Assembly: GCF_009914755.1 (NCBI RefSeq)
Contig: NC_060926.1
Direction: 5' to 3' (one strand)
Source of the DNA: the human T2T-CHM13v2.0 reference genome, Homo sapiens
DNA: 64,000 bases
Part shown: positions 1 to 13,149 of the stretch, piece after piece
Numbering within the stretch: the stretch's first letter is position 1
How the letters are laid out: every line of letters starts with the position of its first letter
Notes under the pieces: model-generated
The model's input: only the letters and a program-made list of their open reading frames with translations
The model's database searches: none
What the model was told of the DNA's origin: nothing
Program-made: the position numbers and the translations under genes

Positions 1-219
1 GACACAAATCTGCTGCACTGTGATGTTTTATTTAGCAGAATTCACTCAGTAGCTCAAATTATGAGCTCTGGGATCAGCGCTGGAGTGTTGCCAGGAGAAT
101 ACAGCCAAGGTAGACTGGGGCTGGGGGTACGGGTCCTAGAGAAAGAGCCGTTAAAATAGTGGGCTCTGGAATCTCAGAGGTCCCCATTAAGAACAATATT
201 ATAATCATTTAAAAATTAT

Positions 220-440
220 TATTAATACACAACACTTCCTATGTCCTAGGCAATATTCTAAGCACTTCATGTAAATAATTCTCAACACACATATGAGGCC
301 AGTACTAGTATTTTCTTCATTTTATAGGTTATGAAGCCAAAGTACAGAAAAGTTAACTAACTTGTCCAAAGTCACAAACCTAAAGAGTCAAGATTTGAAC
401 CCATGCAGTCTGGCTCTAGAGCCCATGTTCATAACTATAT
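220..440 (-). mobile_element. MIR SINE
   Basis: Antisense MIR core: 'cattttataggttatgaagccaaagtacagaaaagttaactaacttgtccaaagtcaca...gatttgaacccatgcagtctggctctagagccc'. Confidence 0.8.
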
Positions 441-3400
441 GTGATCTGTCTCCATCTTTTGTCTCTTGGCGTCTCCTTCTCTGACATCCAGGGACAGACA
501 TTCCTTTCTACTCAATGGGAGAAACAAATGAGCCAGACTTGCTGCATGGTGATATACACACACGCAGAGGTAGCCAAGATACAGGAAGCAAAGTTGGGAT
601 GTTTTCAACTCCATTTTTCTTGCTTCTAAAACACCTATGTGAGCTATAAGACTTGGTGTTCCATCCCAGGCAGATCTGGAAGCATTCTTTTTTAAAAATT
701 AGCATATATGACACTGGCAGCAGCGTTCACCTTACCCCATTGTCACCACCACCCATGCACATGAGTGGTGCTGGTTGGCACCTCATCTATCTTACTGGTG
801 AGGCAGCAAGACAATCAGGAAGGACCACTGCTCCCATCTCCTCCCTTTACTCCTTGACACCGTAAATCCCTACTGGAGATTGACTTCTTTGCATCCAGTG
901 GAAGTGCACACAGTCTATGAGAGCTCTTAACTACCCAGTCACGTACATTTCAGTCTGAAAGATTTTTCCTAAACTCGACTTTTAATGGATAGAAAGAGTT
1001 ACAGGGAATAGGGCATGAAGGGGAAAGAAAAGAGAAGTGTAGAATGGACAAAACTCTTTGTCTGCCTAAGATTCTATCTTTCAGCTGATGGAGACCATTG
1101 CGTTTAGTTATATTTACAGAAGAGTCAGATTGAATTGTGCAGACCAACGCTAGGACTTAATCTAGACAGTGATTCACTCCTAAATTAGATGAATTTTCAG
1201 AACAGATGTATTTTCAGTGCCTTTAAGATAATGAAATCTTGCTTTTTTAAAATCACAGATGTCGCACGTAATATAGCACTTTTCATAAACTGTATAGTTT
1301 CTTTGTGATCTTTTAAAAACCTGCAGCTGTATAGAACTATCTTATCAGTGATGAAAACAAAGGAAGTTGTTGCTGCTTTGTTTGATCTAACAATGGAAGG
1401 ACTCATCACACTCTAGTGCCTCGTGCTTATAATGGACTGTGTGAGTTGGGCGTTTTCTTACCATTCTTTAAACATTTCACTCCCCCTAGCACTTGTCCAG
1501 GTGCTCAGATTTCTTTCCAAAGTCACAAAATACAATATGGGTTGAACATCTGGCTCATAAAAGTCCTTTTGAAGGCGAAGCAGAATGCCTCTTAGGTCAG
1601 AGAAAGATAATAGAAGAAAGCTATGCAGGATGATTCCTACCAGATATTGCTTGGGGCGCATCTTGTTCATTGCAAACCTGGAAAGTTATTGTCCTTCCTG
1701 GATACTTGGCTGTCTGGTATTGTAACTGGAAACTATTCACAAACCAAGCATTCACCCAGGAAAAAAGGAAGTAAACATCCCTGTGCCCTAAACTTGCAGT
1801 CCTGAGAGGTGTAACAAGTATTTCATGTACACTGTACAGCTGGGTTTCTGTGAAGTTGTTTTTGATACAGTAACCATTTCAAAGATGAAAGTACTTAATG
1901 GCAAAAATATAAAGTTCAGAAAGCAAGAAAAAAAAGTTGAAGCCACCCACAAAGATGAATGATGAAAAAAATCTGTATTTGATGAATCCTATAAGGCTTG
2001 TTGAACTTGAGGCTGAAATATAATAAAAGTGTCTGCTAGTCACTACAAATTTCATGTGGGAGCAATGGATTTTTCTCAGCCATCTATGTGTCAGCCAGCG
2101 TGCAAGCCCTTTGAGAGCAAGAATCTTGTCTATCTTGATCAACACTGGGTCCCTTTTGCCTGGTCCAAGTCTCTGCACCAAATGGACCCTAAATAATTTC
2201 TTGAATCCTTTAAAGACCTGATTACCTATAGCCTAAATCATTCTGTAAATTGCCTGTAAAATGTTTGCCAAAAATACATCTATGAAATATGTTGTTACTA
2301 AAATGTGACATCCAAGTAGATAGCTTATTAACTATATTTTTTCCCTTGGATTTATCTGTGTTTTAATGGATACATTGAATTTACCTCTTCTATTCAAACA
2401 AGAAGGAAACAAAAAGATCTTTTCCCTTAGGCAAGACCTTCCAGAAGCATGTATTGCCTTCAGAATTATTAAGTGAGTCTCTACCCTTTTGAGTTCAAAT
2501 CCTGAACACTCAATTTAGCCAGAAAAGAAAAAAACTGTTGTCCAAATAATTAAAAGGGCAAAAAACAAACCCGGGCACCTCTTGCCCAATAAAGCTCCAA
2601 GATGTGTTACAAACACATATTGAACGAGCACAGAGCCTGCGAAGAATCCAATAGCATCCACTGCCAGAACAAGCTAGTCTCAGAGGAGGACAATTATCAA
2701 GTGACCAATGTTTACCTCTCTGTTATTTAGTGCAATCAAGTATGAAGGCACCCCTGAAATACCATGATGCTCCCTCAGTGGCGTATCCATAGCCTCTGAC
2801 TCTGCCCTCAGGAATTGCCCAAGGGACTCACTTTAACAGATGTCTCTTACTTTGATTCAGTAACTTTGCAGAGACACCACAAAGCACACAGCTCTGGTTT
2901 CATTCTTTTTTCTCCTCTCTTCCTTTCTTTCCCTTGCTCCCTTCCTCTTTCCTTTCTTTCTTTCTGTTTATTTTTATGTTTCAAGGGTTAAAGCTACGCA
3001 GAAAGCAGAAGACATACTAAAATTTAAAAAAGAAGATAATTTGAGAAGAGTTTAATAATTGGGCTATTAACAATAGTAGCAATAGTAGCAGTAGTAACTG
3101 GAGTAGTGCAGGGCCCAGCACCCAGGCTAGGATCTAGGGATCTCACCACCCCTAGACCTGAAGGGGCAAGGAAAAGGGGAAAGTGAGACAGGGCGGGATG
3201 TGTGGGGAGGGCCTCCTGACAGGAGCGGAGCCCTTCCATTTGTTTTCAGAGAACCCACAGGGAAGGAGCCAGTGGAATAAATACCTTCTTCCTCCAGGTT
3301 CTTCTAGTACTTCCCGTTAAGCTAAACCAAATGGAAGTCAGGGGTCAAAGGAGCCTGTTAGCATGTTCAGTGCAGGTCTGACTCCCAAGGCACAGATTAT

Positions 3401-3756
3401 GGCAGAAAGGGAATGGAGAGAGGGTCTGCAGCAGTTAACAGAAGACATTTGGCATCTACTATATCCTCAGTCCCCAGACTTGATTTCTAGCTTGATGAGG
3501 TAATTTGGATGTCTTTGAGCCAATTGTTTCCCTTCCTCAATTAGATTTCAAAGATTCTTTATTCTTCTGTCTGCTGACTATATGGCCTATTTTATTTTAA
3601 TTTCATAGACCCTGATTGACTGCTTTCTAAACTCATGACTATTTCAGAAGTCACAAGCCAAAGTGATCATTTAGGAAACCAGTCTGGTATTTACTATCAG
3701 ACAGAGAATGAAGGATATTTAAATATTCACTGTTAGGAATTTAAAAATCTAGGGTT

Positions 3757-3758
<2 letters not shown>

Positions 3759-3792
<34 letters not shown>
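3759..3792. repeat. (CA)n microsatellite
   Basis: Uninterrupted CA run. Confidence 0.97.
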
Positions 3793-3794
<2 letters not shown>

Positions 3795-4924
3795 CTGGGA
3801 GCCTACACTAAAGAGTAAAATCTAAAATCCCTCAGTCAGCACTAAAATGCTAGTTTGTTTAAAGTTAACCACATAATCGATTCTGTGCTAAAATTCATCC
3901 TGAGTGGCTTATAGACTTTATGCAACAAGGGCTTGAACCTGGAATGATACATGGAATTCAAACTTAAAAACCATACAGAACATTTTACTTGCAAAGTTTT
4001 TACATTGGCCACCTTTCTTTCTGCTCCAATACCATAACACAGGCAGAAATTCTGTCCTGCTCCAGGAGCTCTCACCCTCATATGACCATAATAAAACTCC
4101 CCCCAGCTTGGGTTTCCTATGAGAACTATCAGCTGATGGTATCCAGTCAGAGAATCATAAGCATTGTTTTTAAAATACAAAATTATTTCAAATCTTACAC
4201 AGGCTATTTTTTTTCAATAATACATCAGTTTATTTGAGTGGATTTTCAATCAAAACACCACGTCCCTCAGGCTGATTATTTAGGATACCGTATTTTCCAT
4301 GTGGAAAAGTCATCATGGTAGACCAAACCACCCAGCCACGCACACACCTCCAGCGCTCCACATCCAAAGCAGCCATCGCCAGGGCTGAAGACAGATGCCG
4401 GTGGATGTCTCAAGACAGGTGAACATAAATAAGTGGAGATACTTGAAGAGCAGATGTTTGACATTATCTCTTAATTTGCTCCACATATCTGTACTCAAAC
4501 CAGAGTTTCTTGAAAGTAATTTAAGAACTATCTAGTCCTCAATGATACCAGAAAAGGTGAGTTGCTGGCTCTTTAAAGCAGATATATGTTACCTACTGCA
4601 GGCTCAAGTTACATTGCACTTAGAACTAAAGCTACTTTAGTTCCCTCCATGTTTGGTCAGAAATATCTTTAGGACAATGATTCTAAATAGCTCCTATGAC
4701 TATAGTTTGTTCTCATTGAATTTTAAATGTTATGTTAAATATCCCTTGGCATCTACTCTTGCTCTATAAGTCACACAGCAAACTTTGGTCAAAAGCAATA
4801 AAATTCTGACCTGCCAATACATTGGCTTAATTCTCATTTTTTTTTTGTTCTTTGTCTATTCATTTGATTCCTTATTAGGCAATCAAATAATAAGCTTTTT
4901 TTTTTCAAGCTCCACCGGGCTCAA

Positions 4925-5250
4925 CATGATGTGGTAAAAAGAAAATGACCCTTGGAGAGGGTACCTCACCCTTATGGTTCAGACAAGCAGTCAGCCTTGG
5001 AGACCCCACATGTAGGGAGTTGGAGCGACTTCATTCGCCTTCCTCCCTCTATTTGGCTTGAATTCTATTTTATTCACTTATCAGTTTTGTTGTCTTGGGC
5101 AAATTTATTAGCCTCTCTTAACCTTGATTTTTTTGTGTGTGCATTTAGAATGCTGATAATAAAAACCTATTCCACTGGGTTGCTGTAAGGATTAAATAAA
5201 AATGTAAATCCCTTAGGATGTCACTTGTAATACTTATTAAATAAACATTA
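4925..5250 (+). mobile_element. MIR SINE (degenerate, interrupted near 5' end)
   Basis: 'cttgggcaaatttattagcctctct...ataataaaaacctattccactgggttgctgtaaggattaaataa' resembles MIR core and tail. Confidence 0.65.
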
Positions 5251-6099
5251 GTTCCCTCACATCCCTCTTCCCTCCCTTCCCCACTTTTATTGAGCTTTTA
5301 CTCTCAGGTAAAAGCAGCATTTACAAACAAGCTGGCAATCACAGAACTTTATCCTTCAAAAGGATCTTAAAGGTTATATCTTCTCCTTTCCAAACATAAA
5401 AACTCTTTCCATTATCTCACCTTTGCTTCTAATATATGCAAAACTCATTTTTAAAATAAGGTTACTCATTCTGCTCTTACATAACTTTAATTGTTAGAAG
5501 GTAGTTTCTCATTTTGAACAGACATCTATCTTCAGGAGACTTCTATCAATTGACTGTATACACAGTGTCTAACTCTGCTATGGTATGGAACCCTTTCTGG
5601 GTTCAGAGGGATATGTAGGGCTTAGGCCTTCTTTAGATGTTGGATAGCTTTGTTACCATAAATAAATAATCAGATTCCCTGAGCCTCAACTGACCTAGGA
5701 AATGAGGACAATAGCATCTGCCCAACCTCCTTCCATGGGCTCTTATGGACTCTACCTAACCACTATGCTGTTCTCTTCTGTTCGGATCATTCTTCAACAT
5801 TTCCTTGCATGACAGCACCCTTGGTTCTTTCAGCAGTTTTTATGTCAAAGTTTTAAAGGACAAGAAAATATTTTATAACAGAAACTCTTGAGGAAAAATG
5901 CCTTAAAAATATCAATAACAAGCAAGGACCTTCCAGACATTGGGCAGCATGGAAAATGCTGCGAATATGAGAATAAATGCTCAGGACAAAGAGGAGATAG
6001 TCCCAGTATTACCAAGAAAATTGCACGCCCTGATGAGAGTGGCTGGTTTAGGGAAGTCCTTTAGGTCCATCGAAGGAGTTTACTTGAGATACAGTACAA

Positions 6100-6470
6100 A
6101 ATGGGGAAGTTTTTGAAGGTTTTGAAGCTGGCAGGGAGCATAATAAATGCGGCATTCAAGGAGAAGAATCTGGCCCAAGGAATGGGAAATGTGAAAGCCT
6201 AGAATTAGAGATGCCAAATATACACTGGGCAGTAATACATGCATGAGCTGGTAAAGACCTGCACTAGGGTGGTGGTTATGGGATGAGTAGATAAATGCAC
6301 TGAAGAGATGATTGAAGAGAACAGTTGATAAGATGCTAGAGACAGAGGAGAAAATAAGAGGAAGCATGAAAGGCAGCTCTGAGTTTTCACATCCACATGT
6401 CTAGAAGAATGGTGGATACTTTGACCAGAGGCAGGAAAGATGTGAGAGAAAGAGACTTTCATGGAGTCCA
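6100..6470 (-). mobile_element. L2 LINE fragment
   Basis: Purine-rich antisense L2-like motifs ('ggcagctctgagttttca...agaatggtggatactttgaccagag'). Confidence 0.5.
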
Positions 6471-6679
6471 GACCAGAGGTAGCAATTTCAGGGCCATCTG
6501 GGCAGTGGTAACAGGCACAGTGGAGGTAAACCCATGACTGGTCCTGCAGTTCTCTGAGTTCAGCTCCAGCTCAGCTCTCCAATGTGTCACAGACACATTG
6601 GAGCAGATAGCCCAGTTTGATTCTTGGGCCACTGCCGACTTGGTTTACATTGGTCTATTTGTCTTCTTCACGTCACAGT

Positions 6680-6895
6680 ACTTTTTCTGTATCTCCATCA
6701 TTGCACTTATACTCCAGTTTATGACTCTATGTGCTATTACAGTTCTTTGCATTCACCTTATCCTCTCTACCAGACTGTAAGCTGTTTGAGAGCCTGGGAC
6801 ATGTCCGACTCTTCTTGGTATCCTATAGTGTGTCTAGAAAAGTGCTTGCACATAGTATGTGCTAATTAACATTTATAATAAATGAACGAATGAAG
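6680..6895 (+). mobile_element. L2 LINE 3' end
   Basis: 'ccagactgtaagctgtttgagagcctgggacatgtc...gcacatagtatgtgctaattaacattt...aatgaacgaatgaa', typical L2 tail. Confidence 0.75.
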
Positions 6896-7249
6896 TATAA
6901 ATGTTATCCAGGGGCCTGAGTTGGCCACATGCTTGATGACATCTTATGCTAAAAATGCAAACCAGGCAAGATAGCAGTGTTGTAAGATTGGTTTGAGACC
7001 TGCCACCTCTACTCCAGGCACACAGCAATGAGTGATATGTATGAAACAACTATTTAAAATAGAGAGTTCAGAAACAAAACCAAAACTTGTCTTGGATGAA
7101 AATGAAGTCATAATTGAAAGCAGTGAGCCAGGAGTGAAGCTGCAGGCCTGCAGAGCTCCAGGTACGCAAGCAGGCAGAGGCAGCTGGAGGCCAACCTTTG
7201 CACTACATTGGGGCTAAAAGGGTTGCATACCAGGTGAAATGATGAGCCA

Positions 7250-7550
7250 GTGTTTCTTTTATATAATGCTGCATAACAAGCCACCCCAAAGCTTAGTGGT
7301 ATAAAGCAACAAACATTTTATTATGCCCATAGATTCTCTAGCTCAGGAATTCAGAAACGGCAAAGAGATGGCTCTTCTCTTTTCCAGTGTCTGGGGCCTC
7401 AGCTGGGACAACTTGAATGATTAGGAGTGACTTAAATGGCTGATGGCCGGAACAGCTGGGGCTGGAGAATTCATTTCCAAGATGGCTTCTTTACTCACAC
7501 GTCAAACCCAAGCTGGCACGGCTGAAGAATAGTCTCAAATGTAAGTGTAA
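7250..7550 (-). mobile_element. MLT1-type MaLR LTR fragment
   Basis: 'gctgcataacaagccaccccaaagcttagtggtataaagcaacaaacattttattatg...tcaggaattcag'. Confidence 0.7.
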
Positions 7551-7599
7551 ACCTCACAAGAAAATAGGGAAATGCAGCGAGAAATGAGAAATAAATACA

Positions 7600-9040
7600 C
7601 AAAATAACAACTGTCTATAAGAATGTAGAAAAATGGGATATACCACTGGTGGAAGTACAAATTAGTTCAATTCCTTGGAGACGAATTTAGAAATATCTAG
7701 AGGAAATGAAAATTCATATCTATTGTAACTCAGCAATTCCATCTGTAGGCAGAAATCAGAACTTTTCTTTCACTTACAAAAAATGTTTACTGTAATCCCA
7801 GCACTTTGGGAGGCAGAGGCGGGCGGATCACGAGGTCAGGAGATCAAGACCATCCTGGCTAACACGGTGAAACCCTGTCTCTACTAAAAATACAAAAAAT
7901 TAGCCGGGCGAGGTGGCGGGTGCCTGTAGTCCCAGCTACTCGGGAGGCTGAGGCAGGAGAATGGCGTGAACCCCGTGGGGCGGAGCCTGCAGTGAGCCGA
8001 GATCGCGCCACTGCACTCCAGCCTGGGCAACAGCGAGACTCTGTCTCAAAAAAAAAAGTTTACTGTTTTATAACAAGCAACTAATACATTTCAACGACAT
8101 TCAAGAGGAAACATTTATTGAGCTTGGGCATCTGTAGATTGGCTAGAGGTTAGCTGATCCAGGTGGCTGTACTGAGCTCGGCTGGGATAGTTCACATGCA
8201 CCTGGGGATTAGCTGATACAGGCTGAAATCAGCCAGGCAGCCCTGCTCTGATCCATATATCTCATCCTCCTCCTGGGCCTAGAGAGTAGCCCAAGCATGT
8301 TCTGCTCATGGCAATGTCAGAGACTCAAAAGCACGAGCACAATCATATAGGCACTGCTCCAGCCTTTGGTTACTTCATGCCTGCTAACATTTCATTGGCC
8401 AAAGCAAGTCACATGGCCAAACTCAAAGTCAAGGGGTATGAAAACATACTCCAGTGGGAGGAACCACAAAGTCACATGGCAAAGGATATGGATACAGGGA
8501 GCAGTGAAGAATTGAGGCCATTAATGCAATCTACCACATTCACTGCAGGATTGTTTGTAATAAGATAAATGGAGAGAACCTAAGTGTTCATCAAAACAGA
8601 GAATGGATAGATAGATTGTGGGGGGGGGGGGTTTCATCTATCAGAGCACTATGTTACAGTGAAAATGAATAAACTAGGGCTACCCGCATCAACATGTATA
8701 AACCTGCAGAACAAAATGTTGATAGAAAAGAAAGGAAGTTGCAAAATGAAATGTAGAGCATAAATCAATTTATGGAAGGCTTTAAACCAGGCTATATAGT
8801 ACATATTATTGAATATATATGCATATAGTAATAGTAAAAGTGTAAAACATGGATAAGAAAGGTACACTAAGCCTCAGGATAGTGATTACCTCTGGAAAAA
8901 GAAAGAAAAATGGGATCATGGTGGGAGACAAAATGGGCTTCAGCAGTATCAGTGACATTTTATTTCCTAATATAAAAGATGTGGACCAAACATGGGAAAA
9001 TATTAACATCTGTTAAATCTGAATGCTGAAGTACACAGAT
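7600..9040 (+). mobile_element. Old L1M (L1ME-like) ORF2 end/3'UTR, interrupted by AluY and an MLT1 LTR (~8070-8540)
   Basis: 'actggtggaagtacaaattagttca...ctcagcaattcc' resumes at 'ttcactgcaggattgtttgtaata...aacctaagtgttcatcaa'; the intervening segment has MLT1 motif 'cattggccaaagcaagtcacatggccaaactc'. Confidence 0.65.
7790..8057 (+). mobile_element. AluY, AluYe5-like, 5'-truncated
   Basis: AluY diagnostics plus GGCGAGGTGG, GAACCCCGtGGGGCGGAGCCTG and ACAGCGAG; TSD GTTTACTGT at 7785-7793 and 8058-8066. Confidence 0.93.
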
Positions 9041-10199
9041 CTTACTTACATTAGTCAGGAGGTTTGATGAGAAAAGGGTTACAAAGAGCCAAACAGATAG
9101 TTTTTGGCCCTGGAGGAGGAAAAATTGTCTGCTACAAAACACCAGGAGGTTTTCCACTCTGTCTGCCTACCCTACTCCTGTCAATATTTTGAAACTGCTC
9201 CAGATATGGATGCAAAGAAAATTAGACAAAAAGAGATTAGTAAGAATGAGCAAACTCCATTCCATCTAATTCTGATCACTTGTGGGCTTTGGGTTTAAAT
9301 CTCAGACACACAAATTATTGCTTGTTCTGGTGACATGTTTGCCTGTTTCATGAGTCAGCAAATCAAGTTACTGGGTCACAGAATCAAGGTGCCTTTGTGC
9401 AAAGAGGACTGAGGTTAAAGGGAGTTATTTCACTCACCTTTTTTTTTTTCCTTTTTAAATTAAACTTTTATCAGAACATCTCAGTCTCTTCTTCTCCTAG
9501 GGGAAATGAAAAGGACTATTATAGAAAGAAAATAACACCCAAATTTTGTTAGCAAACATTAGGAAAATTTTAAATCATGGCGAGGAAAAACTGCCAGATG
9601 GCCTGAAAGTAAATAATACTGTGCGTGTGGGGGTTGGGAGGTAGGATGACGACTAAGCTCTTTGCTTTAAACATATGAGTAAAGCAAAAGCCAGAAAAAG
9701 AACATTGATTTTTAAGTAATATAAGGTTTGATACTTTTTTTTAGCAGAGTTAAATTTACTGTCATTTTATTTTTACTGTGTTACTTCATTCTAAAAATGT
9801 TTTGAAATTGAAATGTACGCATATGAAAAAGCATCTGAAATTGTACAAGTATAATGTAGGCTTTCTAGCTGGTTTTTGCTGTGGATCCATGGGTGGCTGT
9901 ATTAATATGTATTAATGGTAAACAGATGACAAGTCTTTGAAATAGCCACTTAATTGAAGAAAATAGGATTGTTGGATGCAAGACCACGAAGAGGCTAGCC
10001 CGCATATTTTCCAAAGGCACTCAGCCTGAAATGAATATCCTTGCCAATTTGCAACGTTGCATTCAACATTAATCTGAATGGTTTTTCTATGGAATAAGTT
10101 TAGAGTTATTATCTGCAATTCTGAAGTTGCTTTACAGTGGTTATTCATAAAGGAAAAATCTCCCTTTCCTCTTCTTCTTCTCCTTCGTAGTTACTCATG

Positions 10200-11480
10200 A
10201 AATAGTTCTACTTTCAAAGTAATCCTGAATTTTTCCACTTCTCTGCATCTTCATGGCCACCCCTCTCCCACCCTCCTTCAAGCTACCCTCAATGTGAGGG
10301 CAATGGCTCCCCTTCAGGTCTCCCAGGGCCACTCTGGCCTCCTCTATGTGTTCTGCATACCGCAGCAAGAGTCATCCTAAAATATAAATCTGGTCCTACA
10401 ATTCCCCTTTGAAAAACTCCTTCCTTCACTTGCTTCCTATTGCCCTTAAAATCCTCACTATGGCTGACAAGATTCCACCTCCCTGCTTCAGACCCCACCC
10501 CCTCTCTCTCCTGATAGCCCTGCCACTGCATGGTTTTTATTTTTAATTTAAGTTATAATGCACTTACAGAAAAAAGTCAAAAGATTCTGCAAACTTCGTT
10601 ATGCCCCCATCTGAGGAAATGTCATCCCCTCGCTTCTGTCTCCCCAAAGGCTACCACTTGCAGCTAGTCAGCTGATTCTTGGGGATTTTGCCCACACATC
10701 TCTAAATACCATGTTTTGAAGGCCACTTTCATTTTTAAGCTTCTCCTGTTGAGTCCTTACTGTGGAAGATGACAATGCATCCTCCTGCGTTGCTCTCCCA
10801 CGTTCTCCCCTAACAACCCCTTCCATGTGCCTGTGTCTCCATATAGTCACCTGATCACTGAGGTTCAAGGAATACCCTGTGTTTGCACTATTTTGACTAA
10901 GCAAACATTTTTACAGCTGAGCCATGTAGTATCAAAGGTTACTCTTCTCTTCCTGAATAACTTTTTTGCCCAAAAGTTAATAATTGTCCTTTTCTCCCCC
11001 ACTGGCTTGATTTTCTTATCACTAAGTTAACCTTAAACTCTCCTGCAGGTGTGTACACATCTCCTCCATACTCTCAAACAATTAAGTGCATGATAATTTT
11101 TATCTTCTTAAATCTCCCTTGCCCAGACTTCTATGTCTGATGAGCAGCTGTCATCCTGGGGTCTGTCTTTATCATCACTTTAGTGGAATTTCAAAAGAAA
11201 ACCAAGTGGTGCGTGTGTCCCATTTGCCATCTTTACCCAAACTTCCTGGCTTTCTTTCCGATCTTTTCTAATGTGCCTCAGGGCCTTTACATAGGCTTTT
11301 TCTTCCTTAAATCTCACCCTGGTCTTTGCCCAATTTCTTCTCTTTCTTTAGACCTGAGCTTAAAGGTCACTTTTTCAGGGGCAGGTCCTGATTTCCCAAT
11401 CCATCATCCTTGTAAATCACACTTTACTCTTTCATAATGTCCTTGTACTTCTCCTTGGTAGCACTTATCACAAGTCTTAG
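10200..11480. mobile_element. L2 (+) interrupted by antisense old L1M fragment (~10540-11230)
   Basis: L2 motifs 'ccacttctctgcatcttcatggccacc', 'cagcaagagtcatcctaaaatataaatctggtc'; L1ME-like 'ccccaaaggctaccacttgcagc'. Confidence 0.55.
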
Positions 11481-12297
11481 TGTTGTGCAGTAATAACTTG
11501 AAATATTCACTTTGGGTTGTTTTCCTTCCACAACTTATCCATGACCTTTCCCCAAATCAGATGCATCCATTTACTCAAGGACAAGTATAATTTTTATAAA
11601 GGGAATGACAAAAACAAGAAACATTTAATGCTCAGTCCTTCAATTTCCAATAGAGGCTTGTGAGAATTAAAAGGGCAGGTTGGGGGGGTAGGGATGGAAA
11701 GCAGAGATGATGCTGTAACCTGAGAGAAGGTCTTGGGGACCAGGTAGAGAAAAAAAGTGGAGTCAGCATCAGGACTGCCAAGCGCCATCCTTGGCCAGCA
11801 CCAGGGAGCCCTGGAAGACAGCAGCAATGGACCTGGGTGGTACTTAAAATATTCGACAATCTGATGCTAATATTCATTAGTATATAAACTATATATAAAT
11901 CAAAAATTCAAAACATATTCCCTTTTATTGTCTAAAGCATCTACACTAAATGTATTATAGAACTGCTTACCATGAAGAACAAGGCTTCTTCTGACCTAGT
12001 GTAGAAGCCACACCACACAGTGTAACCTCCACCGTAAAAGTAACTCTTGGTAACAAGCAAGTCGCAGGTTAGCCAGATTTAAAGTGAAGGGATGACTCCA
12101 AAAGCCTAAATCCTGGGAAGCACAATTCACTGGGAGCCACCTTTTGGAGGCTACTTACCACAGGCCTTGATATTTAGATGGGAGAGTGGTAGGGAGAAAA
12201 GGTGCTTGAGTAGGACCAGACAATAGTAAAACCCACCCGCTTGGCTTAAACATATATTTATTTGTGTGGTCATTTGTTTGATTACTTCTATCAAGAC

Positions 12298-12635
12298 CAG
12301 GAGTTGGCACACTTTATGTAAATGGCCAAATAATAAATGTTTTTGGCCTTGCAATCCATGCAATCTCGGTCGCACTTACTCAACTCTGCCGTTGTAGCAT
12401 GAAAGCAAGCAGGGACAATATGTGAGTGAATGGGTGTGGCTGTGCAAAATAAAATGCTTTTTATGAACACTAAAATTTGGATTTCTTATAATTTGCATGT
12501 GTTGCAAAGCACCACTCTTCCTTTGATTCTTTTTTCTACTGTTTACAAATGTAAAAACCATTCTTAGCTCGCAGGCAGAATGAAAACAGGCAGCGGGCCA
12601 GGTTTGGCCCAGGGGCTGAAGTTTGCCAGCCCCTG
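12298..12635 (+). mobile_element. MER58B-like hAT-Charlie MITE nested in an L2 3' end
   Basis: TIRs CAGGAGTTGGCA...TGCCAGCCCCTG; degenerate 8-bp TSD atcaagac/gtctagac; 'actcaactctgccgttgtagcatgaaagca' core. Confidence 0.85.
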
Positions 12636-13149
12636 GTCTAGACTAAGTTCCGTAAAGGCAGGGACCGTGTCTGCCTTACCACTCTTATGAAACCTGTATT
12701 TAGTACATCATAGCAGTCTCAATAAATATTTATTAAATGAATGAATAGTTGATTTATAAACAAATTATAAAACCCTGAAGTGAGAATTTCTCTGAATAGC
12801 CTTTAGTGTTCACTTCGACATCCAATCTCTCCACTTAAAACCTAGCTTCAAAATTACATTTGCAGCTTTATTGACATTTTTCTAGAAATATAGCAGTATC
12901 AGTACACCCAAGTCTTACTTACCCATGCTAAATGTGCCCAGAGTGCCTTGAATAATCTGAAACTTCAATACTAAAGAGTGATGGAGGTTTATTGCCTTCT
13001 CAGCTTCTCAGAGAGTTGCAAGCACAGGACATGAATCAGTGGTATCATAAGTCCTGAGCCACACACTGCTGTTAAAGTGCTAGTAATGTAACGCCAAAGA
13101 ATCCTAGAATTGTGAAGAGTCGTCCTGGAGATTGTTGCTTAAATCCCCT

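Noticed and set aside
4270-4562. Possible exon ending at consensus donor AAG|GTGAGT (GT at 4557)
   Set aside because: No convincing partner acceptor or reading frame; an isolated splice motif cannot be supported without transcript data.
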